A DNA stretch of 12,143 bases from Candidatus Omnitrophota bacterium. Its GTDB lineage: Bacteria > Ratteibacteria > UBA8468 > MWAK01. The notes beneath the pieces are model-generated. The model did not search any database and had not been told where the DNA came from. It saw only the letters and a list, made by a program, of their open reading frames with translations. The stretch is taken from positions 1 to 12,143 of the forward strand of contig JAZDPL010000009.1 in NCBI GenBank assembly GCA_043797665.1. The letters run 5' to 3'. Every line of letters begins with the position of its first letter. The first letter of the stretch is position 1. Shown piece by piece: positions 7,420-12,143 of this stretch. A program made the position numbers and the translations under genes.

Positions 7420-7476
7420 AGTTTCTTAAAAAGGAAATTCCTATACAATTAAATTTAACGGAAGGTGCGATAGAAC

Positions 7477-10245
7477 ATGGTTGAATTGAACAAGCGGCTT
7501 CCGGTGCGGGTGAACCCCATCTTACGACATCAATACGAACAGCCTTTAACCCTGAACGGTAAATGGTCTTTTCGGCTTGACCCGGAAGATAAGGGTAAGA
7601 GCCTGCAGTGGTTTAAAAAGCCGGAGGTTTTTAAAGATAGAATTACGGTACCGGGTTGCTGGCAGGGTCAGGGTTTTGGTAATAAGGACAAAGATGAGAT
7701 ATGGGATTTCAAGATTCAGGCACGGGTATTTCGCGCCACCTATCACGGCACCGGTTGGTACGGTAAAAACTTCCGGGTACCCGGAAAATGGAAAAGGGAG
7801 AAAATCTGGTTAAATCTTGGCGGCGTATTTCCTTCCGCGGAGTTCTGGCTGAACGGGAAAAAACTGGGCAGGCATTCCGGACCTTTTGTTCCGTTCGCTT
7901 TTGATGTTACCGATATCGTCTCTTCTGAAAATGACAATTTCTTAGCCGTACGGATTTATGAAGAAAACCGCTGGCTTGGACTTGCTTATAACTGGCAGGG
8001 TTATTGGTCCGGCCTTTACCGAAGTGTGTATCTGTCAACAACCGGTAAATCCTGGTTGGAACGTTTCTGGATTTATCCGGATGTGGATGGCAAAAGACTT
8101 AAGTTTCACATTAGGTTAGGGGGGAATCCGGAACCAACCAGTCTGGCCATTAAGGTTTCTCCTGTTGCCGGCAATCCGGCAGCGGAAATTACCAGAAATA
8201 TAAGCAAGACCGGAGAAATACGTTTTGGATTGCCAATCCCCTCTCCGAAACTCTGGTCTCCGGATGAACCAAACCTTTACCGGGTGGATGCCCTCCTCTA
8301 CGCCGGGAAAGAGATTCTTGACGCCCTGGTAGAACGGTCTGGATTTGTAAAGATTTCGACCAAAGGAAAGCATTTTCTTATCAATGACCAGCCTTATTAT
8401 CTCAGGGGCACCGGAGATTTCGCCGGTAACCCGGAGACCGGCAGTCCGGATACGGACCGTGATAGATGGCGGAAGAAATTAACCGCCCTCAAGAACTACG
8501 GCTATAACTATGTCCGCTGCCAGTCTTATGTGCCGGCGCCTGAGTATTACGACGTTGCGGATGAGGTGGGCTTACTGATTCAAGGCGAGATGGGCATGCT
8601 CGGAGCCTGGGGTGGAGCAAACATCCGGCACATATATGCCTGGCCCCAGCCGCTGCCGGAATACAGAAAATGGCTCCGGTTTCAATGGGACAATACCGTA
8701 ATGCGGGACGTAAACCATCCTTCAGCCAATATCTATTGTATGAGCAACGAACTGGGTCAGCAAACTCTATTTCCTCAAACCGCCTGGCAGTGTTATCGGA
8801 CAACGAAGAAAATTAAACCTTCCGCTCTCGTCATCTGGACCGATGGCGGATATAATGCAAAACTACCGGCCGATTTCATAAATGCGGAAGCCAAGATAGA
8901 TAAAGAATCTTCTCTGCCGGTAATCCAGCACGAGTTTCGCTGGTGGAGCGCTTATCCGGATATCAGAATTAAAGATAAGTATCGGGGTGCGGTCCGGCCA
9001 TATGCAATTGAGATCGCTGAAGAGGCTGCGGCTGCCAACAGAATGGCCGGCCTTTTACCCCTGGCGGCGCAAAATAGCCAAAGTCTACAGTACTTGGAGG
9101 CAAAGACGAAACTGGAAAACTGCCGCCGGGACAACCCAAAACTTGCGGGTATCTGCCATTTTAACGCTATGGATATTGGTCTTTCGCCCCAGGGCATAGT
9201 AGATGAATTTTACGAGACCAAATATGCGGAACCTGAGACCTGGCGGCAGACAAACGGTGACACGGTGATATTGATAGACCGGAATTTTGCCGACCGTATT
9301 CTGATTGGAGGGGAGTTATTTCAAACCACCTTATCTCTTTCCGATTTCTCCCATCCACCCCTCAGGAATCCTGAGTGTGAATGGAAATTGACCGAAGGTA
9401 AAAGATGCCTTGCTTCCGGAAAACTTACCTTCCGAGCCAAACCTTTCCAGACGCACCCCTTAGGGAAAATAGGGGTGGTTTTACCTGAGACGGCAAAGCC
9501 CCTGACCATAAAACTTCAGGCGATGATATGCGAGGGTAAACGGGCTTTTTCTAACCAGTGGAATTTCTGGATTTTCCCCAAAGACTCTAAACTCCCCGAA
9601 TCCGTAGGCATATATGGCCGGCCGAAAAATACCTGGTTAAAAAGACTGAAAAATATTCCTTGTTTATTTCCCGATAATCTTTTTACGGGAAATATGCCTC
9701 CGGTGATTATGACCGAAATCTTTGACGAAAATATGTCTAAATATGCTTCTAAGGGCGGCCGGATTCTCCTGAGCGCTTCCGAAGATTTGGTTCGGCCTTT
9801 TCATCCTAAACTTGGCTTAACAGAAGGCCGCTACTTCTTCCTGCCGCCGGCAAATTATCCGCCCTATGAAGATGGCCACACCGGAACCCTCGTTCAGAAC
9901 CATCCGGCGTTAGGAGATTTTCCCCACGAGGGATTCTGCGGACTGCCGTTCTATCGTATGATTGCCGAATCTCCACCGGTCAGTTTGAACTCTTTTGGCT
10001 CTTTATCCCGGGAGCCGGTAATCAGAGTCTTTGGTACCTATGTTTGTTGTCAACAGTTAGCTTACTTAATGGAATTTTCCTATGGCAAAGGCGGTATTAT
10101 TATCTGTAGTCTTGACCTCAACCCCAATTTTCCGGAAGCCAGATACCTACTCTATACCATACTCCAATACGCGTCCGGTAATAGATTTCGGCCGAAAGAA
10201 CGCCTTTCCGGAAAGGGATTTCAACATCTAATACAAATGACTTAA
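7477..10245 (+). CDS. Glycoside hydrolase family 2 protein, probably cytoplasmic
   Basis: LNGKWSFRLDP, TVPGCW, GWY, WLNG...PFAFDVT, LWSPDEPNLY, FLINDQPYYLRG, GYNYVR, ADEVGLLI; acid/base NHPS...SNE; putative nucleophile PVIQHEF. No signal peptide is visible. Confidence 0.9.
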   Translation: MVELNKRLPVRVNPILRHQYEQPLTLNGKWSFRLDPEDKGKSLQWFKKPEVFKDRITVPGCWQGQGFGNKDKDEIWDFKIQARVFRATYHGTGWYGKNFRVPGKWKREKIWLNLGGVFPSAEFWLNGKKLGRHSGPFVPFAFDVTDIVSSENDNFLAVRIYEENRWLGLAYNWQGYWSGLYRSVYLSTTGKSWLERFWIYPDVDGKRLKFHIRLGGNPEPTSLAIKVSPVAGNPAAEITRNISKTGEIRFGLPIPSPKLWSPDEPNLYRVDALLYAGKEILDALVERSGFVKISTKGKHFLINDQPYYLRGTGDFAGNPETGSPDTDRDRWRKKLTALKNYGYNYVRCQSYVPAPEYYDVADEVGLLIQGEMGMLGAWGGANIRHIYAWPQPLPEYRKWLRFQWDNTVMRDVNHPSANIYCMSNELGQQTLFPQTAWQCYRTTKKIKPSALVIWTDGGYNAKLPADFINAEAKIDKESSLPVIQHEFRWWSAYPDIRIKDKYRGAVRPYAIEIAEEAAAANRMAGLLPLAAQNSQSLQYLEAKTKLENCRRDNPKLAGICHFNAMDIGLSPQGIVDEFYETKYAEPETWRQTNGDTVILIDRNFADRILIGGELFQTTLSLSDFSHPPLRNPECEWKLTEGKRCLASGKLTFRAKPFQTHPLGKIGVVLPETAKPLTIKLQAMICEGKRAFSNQWNFWIFPKDSKLPESVGIYGRPKNTWLKRLKNIPCLFPDNLFTGNMPPVIMTEIFDENMSKYASKGGRILLSASEDLVRPFHPKLGLTEGRYFFLPPANYPPYEDGHTGTLVQNHPALGDFPHEGFCGLPFYRMIAESPPVSLNSFGSLSREPVIRVFGTYVCCQQLAYLMEFSYGKGGIIICSLDLNPNFPEARYLLYTILQYASGNRFRPKERLSGKGFQHLIQMT

Positions 10246-10265
10246 GTAATTTTACATCAAAAACC

Positions 10266-10315
10266 GTAGGGGCTTGATTTATCAAGCCCGCGGGTCGGAT
10301 GAATCCGACCCCTAC
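10266..10315. repeat. GTAG-type REP doublet 4 (50 bp)
   Basis: GTAG-GGGCTTGAT-TT-ATCAAGCCC-GC-GGGTCGGAT-GA-ATCCGACCC-CTAC. Confidence 0.92.
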
Positions 10316-10332
10316 ATAAAGGTTTTAAGTAA

Positions 10333-11148
10333 ATGAATAAAGTAGCCGAGTTAATAGAGAGATATACCTCGGAAAAGAAGAAGGTGAAATTTTTTGATGC
10401 TAACTCCTGGCTGGGTGCGCCTGTTCCGGGCTCATTAAGGAAAGTCCCGGAGAAAACAGCGGAGATTTTAGAGGTAATGAACGATTACGGAATAGAAAAG
10501 GCGGTGGTTGCGGATTCCCTGACTTTAAACTATAACGCCGCCTACGGAAATGAAAGGCTCTTAAAGGAGATAGGGAAGAACGAGAGGTTATATGCGGCGG
10601 CGATACTTTTACCTGATGGTACCGAAGAATCAGGTAACCTCTCCGACTATCTCTCCTTTCTTACCAGCCATAAGGTGGTAATGGTAAAACTCTTTCCTAA
10701 AGTTCATAATTTTGTCCTTTCTGACTACTGCAGCGGAAGACTGTTGAGATTGTTGGAGGAACGAAAAATCCCGGTAACCCTCTGGCATACCCAGACGGAA
10801 TGGAATGAGGTTGACAGGTTATGTGAAACCTATCCCCATATCCCGATTATAATAGAAGGAGTGGCCAGAAAACTCTTTTATGATACCAGAATCTTCTACC
10901 CTTTACTTGCGAAACACCGGAATTTATTTCTGGAATCTCACAGCCTGACAAATTATCTGGGTCTGGACGATATAGTCAAGAAATTCGGTGCCGGGAAAGT
11001 CATCTTTGGAACATTCATACCGGAAAATGACCCTGAAGCTGCTTTAATGCCAATTGTCTACGGGAATTTCACACTTAAAGAGAAGCAGATGATTGCCTCA
11101 GGTAATTTGTTATCACTGATTGAAAATATTGAGGAACAAAATTCATGA
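10333..11148 (+). CDS. Amidohydrolase-fold protein (Amidohydro_2-like) with a degenerate metal site
   Basis: Family pattern MNDYGIEKAVV, GNERL, FGAGKVIFGT and IASGNL. DANSW replaces DxHxH and FGTF replaces FGSD. Confidence 0.8.
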   Translation: MNKVAELIERYTSEKKKVKFFDANSWLGAPVPGSLRKVPEKTAEILEVMNDYGIEKAVVADSLTLNYNAAYGNERLLKEIGKNERLYAAAILLPDGTEESGNLSDYLSFLTSHKVVMVKLFPKVHNFVLSDYCSGRLLRLLEERKIPVTLWHTQTEWNEVDRLCETYPHIPIIIEGVARKLFYDTRIFYPLLAKHRNLFLESHSLTNYLGLDDIVKKFGAGKVIFGTFIPENDPEAALMPIVYGNFTLKEKQMIASGNLLSLIENIEEQNS

Positions 11149-11930
11149 ATCCCAAAATTGATTATATAGTTGATGCACATGCACACATAGGTTATGTCAA
11201 CAATCTTTACGCTCCGGATGTTTCAGTTGAAAGTATATTAAGTATGATGAATAAGTTACATGTAGACAAAATGCTTCAGACGCATACCATTTTGTTTTGT
11301 GATGAATATGAAATAGGAGTAAATGAATCAGTTGAAGCATTTGAGAAATCTTCAGGAAGGATTCTTTCTTACCTGGTATTTAATCCGCGCCAGCCTGAGA
11401 AGAGCCTGAAGTCCATCGATGAGAACATCCGCCAGGAACCGTTTATCGGGATAAAAATTCATCCTTCAATTCATCTCTATCCGGCGGATGGAGAAGGTTA
11501 TGAGAGAATCTGGAAATATGCCTCAGAAAACAAGACTGTTCTCCTGAGCCATTCCTGGGCCATCTCTCCGGTAAATCCCAGCCAGTCTTATTCCCAGGTG
11601 AAATTATTCGAGAGATATCTGAAAAAATATCCGGAAGTGAACCTGGTTTTAGGCCACAGCGGTGGTTTAAAAGAAGGAATTCGCAAGGCAGTGGAACTGG
11701 CTAAAATTTATCCCCACCTCTACCTTGATATTGCCGGAGATATCCTCTTTTTCGGTCTCATCGAATTTTTGGTAGAAAGCATAGGGGCAGACCGAATCCT
11801 TTTTGGCTCGGATTTAACAATGCTCGACCCGAGAATAAACTTAAGTAGAGTGCTTATGGCAAAGATTGATTTAGAAGCTAAAAGAAAAATATTAGGCTTG
11901 AATGCTTGCAATGTTTTTGGATTATTATGA
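11145..11930 (+). CDS. Amidohydrolase-family protein (Amidohydro_2-like) with intact metal ligands
   Basis: VDAHAH, GIKIHP, LSHS, LGHSG, GADRILFGSD and ILGLNA. ATGA overlap with the upstream gene. Confidence 0.92.
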   Translation: MNPKIDYIVDAHAHIGYVNNLYAPDVSVESILSMMNKLHVDKMLQTHTILFCDEYEIGVNESVEAFEKSSGRILSYLVFNPRQPEKSLKSIDENIRQEPFIGIKIHPSIHLYPADGEGYERIWKYASENKTVLLSHSWAISPVNPSQSYSQVKLFERYLKKYPEVNLVLGHSGGLKEGIRKAVELAKIYPHLYLDIAGDILFFGLIEFLVESIGADRILFGSDLTMLDPRINLSRVLMAKIDLEAKRKILGLNACNVFGLL

Positions 11931-12053
11931 ATATGACTGAAAAAGAAATAGTAAAACATACATTGGTACATAAAAAGACACCGAAAGTACCATACTACCT
12001 GAAAAAAAGCGTGAAAAATGATATTTCCTTTAACAATAAATAGCCGGATTAGA

Positions 12054-12082
12054 TTGTAACTACTATGAAAATTGCATATAAT
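12054..12082 (+). promoter_or_regulatory. Possible sigma70 promoter for a gene beyond the window
   Basis: TTGTAA (12054-12059), 17-bp spacer, TATAAT (12077-12082). The region is AT-rich, so a chance match is possible. Confidence 0.5.
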
Positions 12083-12143
12083 ATTAGCGACAAAACCCCT
12101 CTGGCAGAACCCTACTTAAAAAGTAGCATTGTGCCCGATGCCC

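Noticed and set aside
10242..10256. Third operator-like site TTAAGTAATTTTACA
   Set aside because: Only the right half matches, it is not palindromic, and the context is AT-rich.
4147..10315. CRISPR array or intrinsic terminators
   Set aside because: The repeats are dispersed singly with no spacers and lack U-tracts; they fit REP doublets.
416..11971. Short antisense or alternate-frame ORFs such as 5878-6399, 3555-4031, 5356-5805 and 5112-5336
   Set aside because: They overlap well-supported genes or REP repeats and have no motifs.
11964..12126. Short inverted repeats TGGTAC/GTACCA and CTACTT/AAGTAG as terminators
   Set aside because: These are weak 6-bp stems with no U-tract and are likely chance.

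Overview
The window opens inside a tmRNA (ssrA) gene: tag reading frame AETANYLAA*, tRNA-like 3' end at about 306, and a 31-bp palindromic element apparently inserted at its CCA end. A consensus sigma70 promoter with two palindromic operators follows, then nine co-oriented + strand genes resembling one sugar-catabolic operon: RpiR-family regulator, form IV RuBisCO-like protein (RLP), rhamnulokinase-like FGGY kinase, xylose-isomerase-family isomerase, TPP-dependent E1 alpha and beta subunits (no E2/E3), a cytoplasmic GH2, and two amidohydrolase-fold proteins, one lacking metal ligands. No aldolase is present, so the RLP plus E1 pair may take that role in a pathway I do not recognise (inference). 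Intergenic spaces carry four GTAG-type REP doublets with covarying stems; two carry a 27-bp nested hairpin at the same position and two supply a stop codon. A YGTC/dRS3-like palindrome is also present. All calls come from reading motifs by eye; no searches were run.
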